A stretch of 64,000 nt of DNA, taken from Rhynchobatus australiae (lineage: Eukaryota). The DNA is taken from contig JAUZTB010000070.1 in the NCBI GenBank assembly GCA_034780895.1, positions 21,592,465 through 21,656,464 on the forward strand, in the 5' to 3' direction. Positions 62,430 through 64,000 of the stretch are shown in pieces; the first letter of the stretch is position 1; each line of letters opens with the position of its first letter. The notes below the pieces were generated by a model. It made no database searches. It was not told the DNA's origin and saw nothing but the letters and a program-made list of their open reading frames with translations. The position numbers and the translations under genes were made by a program.

Positions 62430-64000
62430 NNNNNNNNNNNNNNNNNNNNNNNNNNNNNNNNNNNNNNNNNNNNNNNNNNNNNNNNNNNNNNNNNNNNNNN
62501 NNNNNNNNNNNNNNNNNNNNNNNNNNNNNNNNNNNNNNNNNNNNNNNNNNNNNNNNNNNNNNNNNNNNNNNNNNNNNNNNNNNNNNNNNNNNNNNNNNNN
62601 NNNNNNNNNNNNNNNNNNNNNNNNNNNNNNNNNNNNNNNNNNNNNNNNNNNNNNNNNNNNNNNNNNNNNNNNNNNNNNNNNNNNNNNNNNNNNNNNNNNN
62701 NNNNNNNNNNNNNNNNNNNNNNNNNNNNNNNNNNNNNNNNNNNNNNNNNNNNNNNNNNNNNNNNNNNNNNNNNNNNNNNNNNNNNNNNNNNNNNNNNNNN
62801 NNNNNNNNNNNNNNNNNNNNNNNNNNNNNNNNNNNNNNNNNNNNNNNNNNNNNNNNNNNNNNNNNNNNNNNNNNNNNNNNNNNNNNNNNNNNNNNNNNNN
62901 NNNNNNNNNNNNNNNNNNNNNNNNNNNNNNNNNNNNNNNNNNNNNNNNNNNNNNNNNNNNNNNNNNNNNNNNNNNNNNNNNNNNNNNNNNNNNNNNNNNN
63001 NNNNNNNNNNNNNNNNNNNNNNNNNNNNNNNNNNNNNNNNNNNNNNNNNNNNNNNNNNNNNNNNNNNNNNNNNNNNNNNNNNNNNNNNNNNNNNNNNNNN
63101 NNNNNNNNNNNNNNNNNNNNNNNNNNNNNNNNNNNNNNNNNNNNNNNNNNNNNNNNNNNNNNNNNNNNNNNNNNNNNNNNNNNNNNNNNNNNNNNNNNNN
63201 NNNNNTTGTTTTCCCCCCCCCCCCCCCCCACACCCCCAAAAGAACTAGAACTTACTTGAGTCTCCTCTTGTGTATCTTCCTGCTGTTTCCTTGGATTGAC
63301 GCTTGATCTGCAGTTCCTGTGCTTATGCCTGTATATGTGCATCTCTGGCACCTGGTCTCTGGTTATCTCTGATTGCATGCAGCAATGTTGCCCATGGTTG
63401 ATAACAGTCCATCAATGTTAAGACACCTCTGCTTTCTCTTGTGGAAAAGGGGGTTAAATGTGCTATAAATTGAATTCACTGTAGTGCAGTGTGATTTGAA
63501 GTTAATGACCAAACACACACAAAGCTGTGATGCTCATTCAAAGAAAAATCTGGATTTTAGTAAGTCTGCCGGCCTGAAGTCGCTTTTCTTTTAAACACTT
63601 TTCTTGTTTCTTTGTAATGGGTCCTGGAGGTGAGTGTGAGACTACCAAAATTTCTGAAGCATAAAATCTGAAAGTCCTTAAAATTTTGACAGAGCAGCAA
63701 GTATGTTCCTTCACAGTAGGAACTCTAACTTAGATGATAAGGCGGTGAAAATCAGAAATGGGTGAGGCCAGAATTTGTCCTGAATGTGGATCGAACTCTT
63801 TTTGCACTGAAGGCAATTGTGCATAATTCACTGCAGTACTGCATCTTGTAATGCAAGACTAATGTGCATTTAGATTTTGCTATGGTACTCATGATAAAAG
63901 CTGTGGTGAACATGTCATCTTGATTGCTACTGCCATTTTTGGGGAAGAATCTGCCATTGTCATCTGGTCTGACCTATTTGGAAAGTGTGACCCATGGCAG

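Noticed and set aside
1-64000. Prokaryote-type systems (CRISPR arrays, operons, defence islands, prophage)
   Set aside because: The sequence is intron-rich vertebrate DNA with no long intact ORFs and no regularly spaced repeat-spacer arrays.

Overview
Eukaryotic (vertebrate) genomic DNA from a gapped draft assembly. The repeat content (HE1/V-SINE-type and Deu-domain SINEs, CR1, Penelope-like elements) points to a cartilaginous fish, probably a ray or shark; this taxonomic call is inference. One real gene is present: the 5' part of a Groucho/TLE-family co-repressor on the + strand, most similar to AES/TLE5. It has a CpG-rich promoter (~11.7-12.6 kb) and four canonical GT-AG coding exons (12348-12371, 40529-40626, 53359-53422, 55415-55459). 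These splice to 77 aa of the Q domain: [77 protein letters not shown]. Exon 5 onward was not found in the window. The rest is intergenic or intronic DNA with decayed retroelements (CR1, L2, a Gypsy relic, Penelope-like, RTE, Vingi/Ingi-like, Rex/Babar-like, SINEs) and some motif-dense non-repeat blocks that may be enhancers. Nearly all ORFs in the six-frame track are spurious or repeat-derived. I found no convincing new biological system. The most unusual signals are minimal hammerhead-ribozyme-like motifs and fold-back structures in the Penelope-like termini, the mixed AES/TLE character of the protein, candidate uORFs, and a 56-bp templated insertion with a 9-bp direct repeat. Repeat boundaries were judged by eye and are approximate; repeat family names come from recalled motifs, not from a database search.
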